Part shown: positions 51,630-62,868 of the stretch, one piece after another
Layout of the letters: every line of letters begins with the position of its first letter
Position numbering within the stretch: position 1 is the first letter of the stretch
Origin: Scyliorhinus canicula
Taxonomy: Eukaryota
Reading direction: 5' to 3'
DNA length: 64,000 bases
Assembly (NCBI RefSeq): GCF_902713615.1
Contig: NC_052158.1
Span: 12,830,546 to 12,894,545, forward strand
Program-made: the position numbers and the translations under genes
The notes under the pieces: model-generated
Databases searched by the model: none
What the model saw: only the letters and a program-made list of their open reading frames with translations
What the model was told of the DNA's origin: nothing

Positions 51630-53340
51630 GCCTCTGACCTCGCCCCTCCTCAGACTTCACCCTCGCCCCCTCCTTAGACTCCACCCTCACCCCCTCCTCA
51701 GACTTCACCCTCGCCCATTCCCCGAACTTTCTCCTCCTCAGACTCCACCCTCACCCCCTCCTTAGACTTCACCCTCACCCCCTCCTTAGACTCCACCCTC
51801 ACCCCCTCCTTAGACTCCACCCTCACCCCCTCCTTAGACTTCACCCTCACCCCCTCCTTAGACTTCACACTCACCCCCCCTCATACCTCACCCTCACTCC
51901 TTCCTCAGACTCCAGCCTCATTCCCTCCTCATACCCCAGCGTCACTCCCTCCTCATACCCCAGCCTCACTCCTTCCTCTGACCCCAGCCTCACTGCCTCC
52001 TCAGACTCCAGCCTCACTCCCTCCTCAGACCCCCACCTCACTCCCTCCTCAGACCCCAGCCTCACTCCTTCCTTAGACCCCAGCCTCACTCCTTCCTCAG
52101 ACCCCAGCCTCACTCCTTCCTCAGACCCCAGCCTCACTCCTTCCTCAGACCCCAGCCTCACTCCTTCCTCAGACCCCAGCCTCACTCCTTCCTCAGACCC
52201 CAGCCTCACTCCTTCCTCAGACCCCAGCCTCACTCCTTCCTCAGACCCCAGCCTCACTCCTTCCTCAGACCCCAGCCTCACTCCTTCCTCAGACCCCAGC
52301 CTCACTCCTTCCTCAGACCCCAGCCTCACTCCTTCCTCAGACCCCAGCCTCACTCCTTCCTCAGACCCCAGCCTCACTCCTTCCTCAGACCCCAGCCTCA
52401 CTCCTTCCTCAGACCCCAGCCTCACTCCTTCCTCAGACCCCAGCCTCACTCCTTCCTCAGACCCCAGCCTCACTCCTTCCTCAGACCCCAGCCTCACTCC
52501 TTCCTCAGACCCCAGCCTCACTCCTTCCTCAGACCCCAGCCTCACTCCTTCCTCAGACCCCAGCCTCACTCCTTCCTCAGACCCCAGCCTCACTCCTTCC
52601 TCAGACCCCAGCCTCACTCCTTCCTCAGACCCCAGCCTCACTCCTTCCTCAGACCCCAGCCTCACTCCTTCCTCAGACCCCAGCCTCACTCCTTCCTCAG
52701 ACCCCAGCCTCACTCCTTCCTCAGACCCCAGCCTCACTCCTTCCTCAGACCCCAGCCTCACTCCTTCCTCAGACCCCAGCCTCACTCCTTCCTCAGACCC
52801 CAGCCTCACTCCTTCCTCAGACCCCAGCCTCACTCCTTCCTCAGACCCCCGCCTCACTCCCTCCTCAGACCCCAGCCTCACTCCTTCCTCAGACCCCAGC
52901 CTCACTCCTTCCTCAGACCCCAGCCTCACTCCTTCCTCAGACCCCAGCCTCACTCCCTCCTCTGACCCCGACTCACTCCCTCTGACCCCTGCCTTGCTGC
53001 CACCTCAGACCCCAGCCTCACTCCCTCCTCATATCCCAGCCTCACTCCCTCCTCAGACCCTAGCCTCACTCCCTCCTCAGACCCTAGCCTCACTCCCTCC
53101 TCAGACCCCAGCCTCACTCCCTCCTCAGACCCCAGCCTCACTCCCTCCTCAGACCCCAACCTCACTCCCTCCTCAGATCCCAGCCTCACTCCCTCCTCAG
53201 ACCCCAGCCTCACTCCCTCCTCAGACCCCAACCTCACTCCCTCCTCAGACCCCAACCTCACTCCCTCCTCAGACCCCAACCTCACTCCCTCCTCAGACCC
53301 CAACCTCACTCCTTCCTCAGACCCCACCCTCGCCCCTCAT
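51630..53340. repeat. 24-bp pyrimidine-rich VNTR-type array with a nearly perfect core
   Basis: Unit CCTCAGACCCCAGCCTCACTCCTT, homogeneous from ~52080 to 52940 with degenerate edges. Confidence 0.97.
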
Positions 53341-53491
53341 CAGACTGTCCCAGTCTCCCCTCCTTCTCATGGGCCATTCCTGTCCCAACAGGGTGCCAGG
53401 TTGGAGGAAATGGTGAGGAGAATGAATTAAATTGAAACCAGTTTGTTTTTCTGTTGAAGCATATTCAGGAATTATGCTTGTCTTTATCCAG

Positions 53492-53576
53492 GGGGAGGCT
53501 AATAGAACGGGTCAGGCCACAGCAGAACCAGAGCTCCTGGGGCTGGATCCAAGCCCCAGCAGTGAAGTAAACCAAG
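53492..53576 (+). CDS. EHMT2: EHMT2 coding exon 2 (GEANRTGQATAEPELLGLDPSPSSEVNQ)
   Basis: Acceptor TCTTTATCCAG, donor AAG|GTAAGG, 85 nt. Phase 0->1 bridges exon 1 and exon 3; starts GEA like recalled EHMT2. Confidence 0.72.
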
Positions 53577-54636
53577 GTAAGGTTAACCCATTCAAAATGG
53601 CCACCGTTCTGTTGGCAAAGCTGGCAGCCATTTTGCACACAGCGTGATCCTGCAAAGAGCAATGAGAGGAAAGGCACTGTGATCTGTTTGAGAGAGAGGG
53701 TTGTTGGCCAGTACAGTGTTGGGAGAACTCTTTCAACACTGCTCAGTGAACTTTTGTCAAGGACTGAGCCAGGTCAAAAGGCAGAGAGGTGGCAGTGAGG
53801 TTCAACTTGGTATAAGCGCAAAGTCAATGAGATAGGACAGGAGTGGTGAGAATCAACGTGATGTGGCAACATGCCTGATGCAAGGTAGCAGGAGGTGGTT
53901 CAAACCAGTCGTGTGGTCTCGGTAGGCAGTAGCTGTGACTTTCAAGCCTCAAGGAAGGGATGAGGTGTGATGAGGGGGAAGATCTCAGGAGGAGGTGAGG
54001 GGTCGAGGTGTGAGGGGAGATCTGAAGGAGTAACATTAAATTCGACTGAGCGTTGATGAGGCCAGACCTGGAGTTGTTTAGTGTTGATCTCTTGTGTTGA
54101 AAAATGGTGCAGAATTATTGGAGGGAATTCAGGAGAGGCCTGGAAAGCTGAGTCTAGGAGAGTGAGTTACAAGGAGGATAGCTTGGGGAAGAGGAGGATA
54201 GGGGTGCCAGGAGCTGGTGGATAGAGAGTTCTGAGGCACAGTGATGTTGGATGCAGATGTTTTCAGGACACGGGTATTGGGCACTGTTTAGAGGGAAATT
54301 TAGGCAACCGTTCCCATTTTTGAATGCAGAGGGTATTGAAATTGTGGGGGCCATTCACGTTCGGGCGGTGATGCAGAAAACCATGATAGGGAGTTGAAAT
54401 AAAGGACAGAGTGTATTCTTAAAAGTCAAGGTAGGAATCTGAATGGTGCAGGAGGGTTTGCCAGGAGCAGCACCAGCCGTACCTAATAATGAGATGTCAA
54501 CATTGTGAACCCACAAGATAGTACTGCTTGTGTGCCAAACAGTGGAAGCAGTATGTGATAGACAGCTAAGTGACCCCCGCAACCAACTGATCAGGTCTAA
54601 ACTCCGTAGTCCTTAATCAACTCACAGAGGCTACAT

Positions 54637-55326
54637 CAGGGGTGGGCAAACTTTTCCGTGCAAGGGCCACATTCAGAAATTCACAATTTTAAAGGGCCGC
54701 ATAGGGCCTCACGGTAGCATGGTGGTTAGCATCAATGCGTCACAGCTCCAGGGTCCCAGGTTCGATTCCCGGCTGGGTCACTGTCTGTGCGGAGTCTGCA
54801 CGTCCTCCCTGTGTGTGCGTGGGTTTCCTCCGGGTGCTCCGGTTTCCTCCCACAGTCCAAAGATGTGCGGGTTAGGTGGATTGGCCATGCTAAATTGCCT
54901 GTAGTGTAAGGTTAATGGGGGGATTGTTGGGTTACGGGTATACCGGTTACGTGGGTTTAAGTAGGGTGATCATTGCTCGGCACAACATCGAGGGCCGAAG
55001 GGCCTGTTCTGTGCTGTACTGTTCTATAGTATATTAAGTAAAATAATTACTTCACCCGGTTATGATTCTGGGCGCCTCATATAGAACATAGAACAGTACA
55101 GCACAGAACGGGCCCTTCGGCCCTCGATGTTGTGCCGAGCAATGATCACCCTACTCAAGTCAACGTATCACCCTATACCAGTAAGTAATCCAACAGCCCC
55201 CCCCCCATTAACCTTGAAAAAAAAAATATTAAAAAAAATTTTTTTTTTTTTTAATGACTTGGTGGGCCACATAAAGACCTTTGGCGGGCCGCATGCGGCC
55301 TGCGGGCTGTAGTTTGCCCACCCCTG
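54637..55326. mobile_element. hAT (Charlie-type) MITE with nested SINE
   Basis: 16-bp TIR CAGGGGTGGGCAAACT / AGTTTGCCCACCCCTG; 8-bp TSD GGCTACAT (54629-54636 / 55327-55334); SINE at ~54705-55026. Confidence 0.9.
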
Positions 55327-55339
55327 GGCTACATAAATA

Positions 55340-56625
55340 TGCTCATCCTCAATTTGCACATTAGTGCAAATGACCAGGCTGAAGCATTTGCAACAATCTT
55401 CAGCCCGACGTGCCGAGTGGATGATCCATTTCAGCTTCGTCTGGAGAGCCCAACATCACAGATGTCAGTCTTCGGTCAATTTGATTAACTCCACATGGGC
55501 GGCACGGTAGGACAATGGTTAGCACTGTTGCTTCACAGCGCCAGGGTCCCGTTCGATTACTGCTTGGGTCACTCTGTGGAGTCTACACCGCCGTGTCTGT
55601 GTGGGTTTCCTCTGGGCACTCTGGTTTCCTCCCACAAGTCCCGAAAGACGTGCTGTTAGGTGATTTGACATTCTGAATTTTCCCTCCGTGTACCTGAACA
55701 GGCGGCGGAATGTGGCGACTAGGGATTTTCACAGTAACCTCATTGCATTGTTAATGTAAGCCTACTTGTGACAATAATTTAAGATTATTATTATTATCAA
55801 GAAATGACTGAAGGCACTGGATAATGCTAGGGCTACAGATCCCTAACAATATTCCGGCAATAGAACTGAAAATCTGTGCTCCAGAACTTGTCGCGACTCT
55901 AGCCAAGCTGTTCCAGTACGGTTACAACACTGGCATCTACCTGGCAAGATGGAAAATTGCCCGGCTATATCCTATACACAAAAAGCAGGACAAATTCAAC
56001 CCGGCCAATTATTTCCCAGTCTGTCTACTCTCCATCATCAGCAAAGTGATGGAAGGGGTCATCGACAGTGCTATCAAGCTGCACTTACTCAGCAATAACC
56101 TGCTCACGGACACTCAGTTTGGGTTCTGCCAGGATCACTCATCTGGACCTCATCAGAGCCTTGGTTCAGACATGGACAAAAGAGCTGAGCTCCAGAGGTG
56201 AGGGGAGAGTGACAGTCGTTGGCATCAAGGCAGCATCTGATCGAGAATGGCATCAAGGAGCCTGAGCAAAACTGGAGTCAATGTGAATCGAGGTGGGGGT
56301 GGAGGGGAGACACTCCGCTGGTTGGAGTCATACCTGGCACTAACGAAGATGGCTGCAGATGTTGGAGGTCAGTCATTTCAATCCCGGGACATCGCTGCAG
56401 GAGTTCCTCAGGGTAATGTCCCTGACCTGACCATCTTCACCTGCTTCATCAATGACCTCCCTTCCAACATAGGATCAGAAATGGGGATGTTCGCTGATTA
56501 CTGCACAATGTTCAGCACCATTCGCGTCTCCGCAGATACTGAAGCAGTCCATGTCCAAATGCAGCAAGACCTGGCAATGTGCCAGGCAATGACCATCTCC
56601 CAACAAGAGAGAACCTAATCATCTC
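55340..56625 (+). mobile_element. CR1-like LINE RT fragment with nested SINE (55497-55797)
   Basis: WKIARLYPIHKKQDKFNPANYFPVCLLSIISKVME...QFGF; GVPQGNV...FINDL...MFADY. Confidence 0.8.
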
Positions 56626-57804
56626 CCCATAATAATAATCTTTATTGTCACAAGAAGGCTCACATTGACACTGCAATGAAGTTACTGTGAAAAGCAACTC
56701 CTTACCGTTTCCTACTGCTACTGTGTGTGGTTATGTGAGTGGTGGTGTCCACTAACAGAAAAATTTCAGGCTCCCTATTTCTTCTCCAGCCCTATAACCC
56801 ACCAAAATCCTGGCACTCTTTCAATTCTGGCCTCTTGACTAACCCCAGTTATAATTGCTCCAACATTGGTGGTCATACCTTCAGCTGCACAGGCCCTAAA
56901 CTCTGGACTGCCCTCACTAAATCTCTCTGTCTCCCTTTTGTCCTTCAATTCCTTTACTCTGACCAAACGTTTAGTCATCTGTCCTAATATCTCCTCGTGG
57001 GTCAGTGGGTTCCTTTGGACATTTTACCTCAGACTTTACTTTGGCTGTTTACATACAAAAGCAAATTGTTTCTTATTCATTCATGAGACTTGAGCATCGC
57101 TGGCTAGGCCAGCATTTATTGCCCCTCCCTAATTGCCCTTGAGAAGATGGTGGTGAGCTGACTTTATGAACCGCTGCAGTCCCTGAGGTGTAGGTACAGT
57201 CACCGTGCTGTCAGTGAGGGAGTTCCAGGGTTTTGACCCAAATGTTGATGTGATGCTGAGGTTGTACTAAAAGGGAAAGAGTGAACAGGCCAGGGACCCT
57301 TTTCTCTAGAAAAGGGAAGACGGAGGGATGACCTGATCGAGGTCTTCAAAGGTATGAAAGAATTTGATAGAATAGACATAGGGAAGTCATTCCTACTGGC
57401 GGGCAGGGACCATCAATATAAGATGAATACAACAGGAGTAGTGGGAATATAAAACTCTATCACGCAGAGCGGTTGAGGTGAATAGTATAGATACCTTTAA
57501 AGGGAAGCTGGGTAAACAGGAGGGAGAAAAGAACGGAAGGATAAGTTGATGGAATGAGATGAAGGAGGGGCGTGAGGAGGCTTGTGTGAAGATTAAACAC
57601 CAGCATGGATCAGTTGGGTGGAAAGGCTGGTTTCTGAGCTGTGAACACTTTTGCAATGGAGAGTGCGGTTTGTTAATTTGACGCGTTTCCTTGCTCATCG
57701 CAACCGTCATGCCTCGGGACACTCACCCTTGCTCGAATGTGCGGTGGGAGGTGGGAAGTGCAATGCAACCCGGGAAATAAATGTGGCGTGGTTTTATTTT
57801 GCAG

Positions 57805-58134
57805 GGATCGGCGAAGCAGCAGAACTGTCCCCCAAGAAACTGGGGCAAGTGTCAAATCCCGTGGCGGGTGCTGTAGGTGCAATGGGAAACATCGCCTTGC
57901 AGAATAACGCTGAGGTACCGTGCTCTGGGACCAGCCAAGAGATCGCGGCGAAGGCCCCTGATCCTGAAACCGCGACGGTTACAGATGCCCGAGGGGAAGA
58001 GTCGGCAAGCAGCGGCGAAGCACAGGGCAAATCTGGTGAGCCCTATCTGGGCTCGGAGTGCTCGTCCTCTGATGGTGCAGCTGTCAGCCGGCTGGGATCT
58101 CAACCCGGACCTCTTCCTGTCAAGGGCCTCTCAG
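57805..58134 (+). CDS. EHMT2: EHMT2 coding exon 3 (low-complexity N-terminal region)
   Basis: Acceptor TTTTATTTTGCAG, donor CAG|GTAACT, 330 nt, phase 1->1, open frame. Confidence 0.75.
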
Positions 58135-58744
58135 GTAACTATTCCCTGGTGTTTACGTCACCTCGGTTGTAAGTAGGTTGTCCAAGAGATATGTGGTGGC
58201 AGGGAGAACTTTGGGAATCCTCATGGAGTCAGTAAGTAACAATTGGGGGCAGGGGGGGGGGGTTGACAGCCGGGGCCTTCGCTTTAATTGACAAGAATCA
58301 GACGGGGTGAGGTGTCACGTTCTTTGACGCAGCAGAATGTTGTGGTCCAAAATAGCCGGCACTCTACAATTCTGACCTCTTGTGCATCCCAGATTCTATT
58401 TGCTCCACAATTGGCTTTCAGTTACCCGGGCCCTAAAAGCCCTGGGATTGCCTCCCTAAAACCCCTCCTCTTTTCTCTTTTAAGGCCTCCTCAAAACCAA
58501 TGTGGCTCTGTCAGATTTTAAAGTGCCTTGGGGCATTTTACTGCTTTGAAGACATGATACAACTGCAACTTGTTGTTGAAAGACTCGTGGGAGCAGATTC
58601 AACAATAGCTTTCAATGGAGGTTTGGGTGAATATTTGGAAGAGCAAAATGAAATTGTCGGACTAAGGGGAAGGAGCAGAAGAGGGGATTTCGAAGGGTTC
58701 AATGATCTCTTCTTGCCCTCTTCACTTGGATTTCAATTGGATTG

Positions 58745-59755
58745 GGTTGGATTTTGTTTGTTGCCACGTGTACCGAGGTACAGTGAAAAGTATTTTTCTG
58801 CGAGCAGCTCAACAGATCATCAAGTACATGAAAAGGAAATAAAAGAAAATACATAATAGGGCAACACAAGGTAAACAATGTAACTACATAACACCGACAT
58901 CAGGTGAAGCATACAGGGTGTAGTGTTAATGAGGTCAGTCCATAACAGGGTGTTTAGGAGTTTGGTAACAGCGGGGAGGATGCTGTTTTTGAGTCTGTTT
59001 GTGCGTTTTCTCAGACTTCTGTATCTCCTGCCCAATGGAAGAAGTTGGAAGAGTGAGTAAGCCGGGCGGGAGGGGTCTTTGATTATGCTGCCCGCTTTCC
59101 CCTGGCAGCGGGAGGTGTGGATGGAGTCAATGGATGGGAGGCAGGTTCGTGTGATAGACTGGGCTGTGTTCACGATTCTCTGAAGTCTTGCGGTTTTGGG
59201 CCGAGCAGTTACCATACCAGGCTGTGATGCAGCCAAATAGGATGCTTTCTATGGTGCATCTGTAAAAGTTGGTAAGAGTTAATGCGGACATGCCGAATTT
59301 CCTTAGTTTCCTGAGGCACTACAGGCGCTGCTGTGCTTTCTTGGTGATAGCGTCGACGTGGGTGGACCAGGACAGATTTTTGGCGATGTGCACCCCAAGG
59401 AATTTGATACTGCTAACCATCTCTACCTTGAGCCGTTGATGCTGACAGGGGTGTGTACAGGACTTTGCTTTCTGACGTTAATGGCCAGCTCTTTAGTTTT
59501 GCTGGAATTAAGGGAGAGATTGTTGTCGCTGCACCACTCCACTAGGTTCTCTATCTCCCTCCTGTATTCTGACTCGTCATTATTCGAGATCCGGCCGACT
59601 ATGGTCGTATCGTCAGCAAACTTGGAGATGGAGTTGGAACCGAATTTTGCCACGCAGTCATGTGTGTATAGGGAGTATCGTAGGGGGCTAAGTACATAGC
59701 CTTGCGGGGTCCCGGTATTGAGGCCTAGTGTGGAGGTGATGTTGTTTATTCTTAC
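58745..59755 (-). mobile_element. Rex1/Babar-clade LINE 3' portion
   Basis: SKFADDTTIVGRISNNDESEYRREIENLVEWCSDNNLSLNSSKTKE; LLPLGRRYRSL. Confidence 0.88.
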
Positions 59756-59811
59756 TGATTGTTAACTGTTCTTAACTGATTCTCACTTGTATTGATGATT
59801 TCTTCCCTCAG

Positions 59812-60071
59812 GTCATGCTGCCAAAACATTCCCCGCCTCCCCCACCAAGGCCCCAGGGGCCAACAGGGCTAAGATGACACTAACCGGGGTCAGCAAGTCT
59901 CCAAATTCCATTCAGAGCCTTGCCATGAAACTGCTGAGTGTGCCGACCGGCCGGGCAGGGAATGAGGTAGCGGCGGTCCCGGTGGAGGCGCAGAGGCCGG
60001 TGGCAGCTCCGGACGACAAGCCCAAGATCCACAAAGCTCGGAAGTCGATATCCAGATCCAGCGCCAGTCAG
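59812..60071 (+). CDS. EHMT2: EHMT2 coding exon 4 with the H3K9-mimic motif
   Basis: GHAAKTFPASPTK...RAKMTLTGVSKSPNSIQSLAMKLLSVP...KPKIHKARKSISRSSASQ aligns with recalled G9a GHATKSFPSSPSK...RAKMSMTGAGKSPPSVQSLAMRLLSMP...QPKVHRARKTMSK. Acceptor TTCTTCCCTCAG, donor CAG|GTACCG, 260 nt. Confidence 0.92.
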
Positions 60072-60284
60072 GTACCGAAGGGGGTGGTCTGCCTATGAGC
60101 TGTGCTTGCACGGAGGGATGAGCACTTGCATTGCCGCTGCGTTTGCCCCACCTTGGCCAGGCTGTGAGGATGAGGAGGGCGATGAGCTGAGGAAAAGTCG
60201 CTTGTCCCTTAAATCCTGTGACTCAAAGATGAGAGGAGTGGTCACAACTGACACGAGTGCAAAAGCCAGACTCACCCTCCCTGT

Positions 60285-60580
60285 ACTGCACTGAGGTGGT
60301 GCTGTCTGTCAGATGAGATGTTAAATTGAGGCCCCCATTTGCCTACTTGAGTGGATGTTAAAAAAAAAAAAATCCCTTGACACTATTTTGAGAAAGAGCA
60401 GGGGAGTTTTCTCCGGTGTCCTGGCTAATATTTATCCCTCAAATTAACATTACAGTAACACTATCTGGTCATTATCGCATTGTTATTTGTGGGAGCTTGC
60501 TGTGAGTAAATTAGCTGCTGCCTTTCCTACGATACAACAGTTTGAAAAGTATCGGCTGTAAAGGGCTTGCTGAGGTAGTA
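60285..60580 (+). mobile_element. DeuSINE (SacSINE1/AmnSINE-like) fragment
   Basis: AGATGAGATGTTAAA...GAAAGAGCAGGGGAGTT...GGTGTCCTGGCTAATATTTATCCCTCAA...TGTGGGAGCTTGCTGTG core. Confidence 0.7.
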
Positions 60581-60801
60581 AAAGATTCCCCATAACCAGC
60601 CTGGATGGTGCCAAGGAAATTTGGGATTTGCATGACGAGGGGTGGATGTGGACAAGAAAATGTGACCTGAGATTGCTTGCACTAGATTTTTGCGTTCTTA
60701 ACTCGGCAGCCATTCAGTTAAAGCTCACTTTGCTCAAAAATATTGCATCCCCCCCCCCCCACCCAAAAAAAATTCTCCTCTTCTTTGCGGCTTTTACACA
60801 G

Positions 60802-60954
60802 AGATTGCCTACAGAACTGGGGACCTTGCCCACCGACCGGGCAAGCCAGGCTCCTGGAGCGGCGGCAGAAGTGGAGCACGTAGTCCCGGCTCAGGACGAG
60901 AATCAAGAGGTGCACAGAGCAAGGAAGTCGATACTGAAAGGCAGCTTCAGTCAG
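60802..60954 (+). CDS. EHMT2: EHMT2 extra exon A (duplicate of the exon 4 3' half; second ARKS)
   Basis: Acceptor CTTTTACACAG, donor CAG|GTACGG, 153 nt, phase 0-0; RLPTELGTLPTDRA...QDENQEVHRARKSILKGSFSQ. Confidence 0.8.
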
Positions 60955-61446
60955 GTACGGTGAGCGTGGACCCCTTTGGACCGGCCAGCCAGCTATAGTA
61001 AATAAGGGGAAGCTGACGTGTGCTGTCTTGCCAGTTTTTTTAAAAAAAAGTATCTCCCACCCGAAAGCCTCTTCGGAATTAACACCCCAACTGCTCCCTG
61101 ACGGCCGTCTCACACTTTGGGTGAGTTTTGAGATTGCTCTGAGTTTGGAGGCACGACCAGTAACCCTGCTGTTGCCGTCCCACCAGTTCACTCTTCTCCG
61201 TGTGTGTGTCTCTCTCATGACCCACAAGGAAGAAGACTCCAGTCCTACTTGTAGGTGGCCATTCGGCCCATTTTCATATTGACTTGATGGCATTTGTTTG
61301 GGTTGGGGAGGAGGCGGAGATGGAGAATTGGGCCAGCAGACAGCAGGGAGCAACACGCTAAAGGTCTCGATGGCAAATGACAGGTGAGTAGGTATGCCAG
61401 GAGCTCCTTGAGCATCTTTCCCCGCATGCACTGCTGCTGTGTGCTC

Positions 61447-61755
61447 GGGCAGCATGGTTGCACAATGGTTAGCACTGTTGCTTCACAGAGCCAGGGTCCC
61501 ATGTTCGATTCCTGGCTTGGGTCACTGTCTGTGCGGAGTCTGTACATTCACCCTGTGTCTGCGTGGGTTTCCTCCGGGTGTTCCAGTTTCCTCCCACAAT
61601 TCTCGAAAGACATGCTGTTTGCTGAATTGGACATTCTGAATTCTCCCCGTGTACCTGAACAGGCGCCGGAATGTGACGACGAGGGGCTTTTCACAGTAAC
61701 TTCATTGCAGTGTTAATGTAAGCCTACTTGCGACAATAAAGATTATTTATTTATA
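61447..61755 (+). mobile_element. tRNA-derived SINE
   Basis: Head, core and GACAATAAAGATTATT tail. Confidence 0.85.
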
Positions 61756-61929
61756 TTTGTAGTAAAATGGAGAAGAGTATACAATTCTTGAGCTCCTTGG
61801 ACGGATGAGCAACAGTCTGTCCTTCCCTGGGCTGGCTTGTCCCCTTCTTAAAATTTCACTTTCAATCCTGGTGTAAACGCAGCTTTTCTTGGCAGGTTGC
61901 TTCGTGGTGCGGTTGTTCGCGGCTCTAGT

Positions 61930-62310
61930 CATGGCCCAGTGGGTAGCACTCTCTCTTCCTGTGTGCTATAAGTCGCCCTCCTCGGTTCCAGTACAGGGGA
62001 AAAGCTGCATTGTCAGGGATGCCATCAATCGAGGGAGCCTTGCTTCTGCCCCCTCAGGTGGTTGTGACAGATCCACCATTTGGAAAGAGAGCGGGGGAAT
62101 TTTCCCTGCTGCCCAGATCCAATATTTATCCCTTAACCAACACCACGAAAGGCCGTTATCATATTACTGTTTGTGGGGAGTTTACTGTGCACAAACTCCT
62201 GCCACATTTCCTACATTACAACCGTCACTACATTTCAGAAAGGACTTCATTGGCTGTAAAGCCATTTGGGACATTTTGAGGCTGTGAAAGGCGCTCTGTA
62301 AATGCATCGC
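61930..62310 (+). mobile_element. DeuSINE-like fragment
   Basis: Similar to 60285-60580; ends TTGGCTGTAAAGC...GTGAAAGGCGCTCTGTAAATGCA. Confidence 0.65.
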
Positions 62311-62868
62311 CGCCTTCTTGAAGCCTATCAGTCGCCTTTTACTACCCCTAATGCTCCTTTTAACTGCCGCCGGGTACTTGAATAGAAGCGTACATTTGAC
62401 TAAATCTGCCTCTTCTGCAGAAAGCTGGATTTTATTAAGTGCAGTGTGATTATAACACTGCTAACAGCTCCAAGGGCAGCACGGTAGCACAGTGATTGGC
62501 ACAGTTGCTTCACAGCTCCAGGGTCACGGGTTCGATTCCCAGCTTGGGCCACTTGCCTGTGCGGAGTCGGCAGCTTCTTCCCGTGTCTGTTCTTTCCAAG
62601 AGCCGGTGCAGACTCGATGGGCCGAATGGCCTCCTTGTGCACTGTAAATTCTATGATTCAATGAACAGCTTTTTGTGAAGTGGATGGGGCGGATTACGTG
62701 TCAAAGTTGCACTTTTTGGGTGGTTTGGTGCAGTGGGAGGTATAAAATGGTGAACACGCACAAATAGTCCCATTGGCAGCAAGTCCGCCATTGTGTGTGA
62801 AGCAAAGTATTCCATTCCGCGACATCCGATTGCTTGTTTGTGACTGATTTATGCCTCACTCCACACAG

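Noticed and set aside
51871-53327. (VRLGSEEG)n ORFs
   Set aside because: 24-bp tandem repeat, antisense within an intron.
59812-60071. Alternative call as EHMT1/GLP
   Set aside because: The RAKM..TG..KSP.S.QSLAM.LLS.P segment and the ZBTB12 linkage fit EHMT2.
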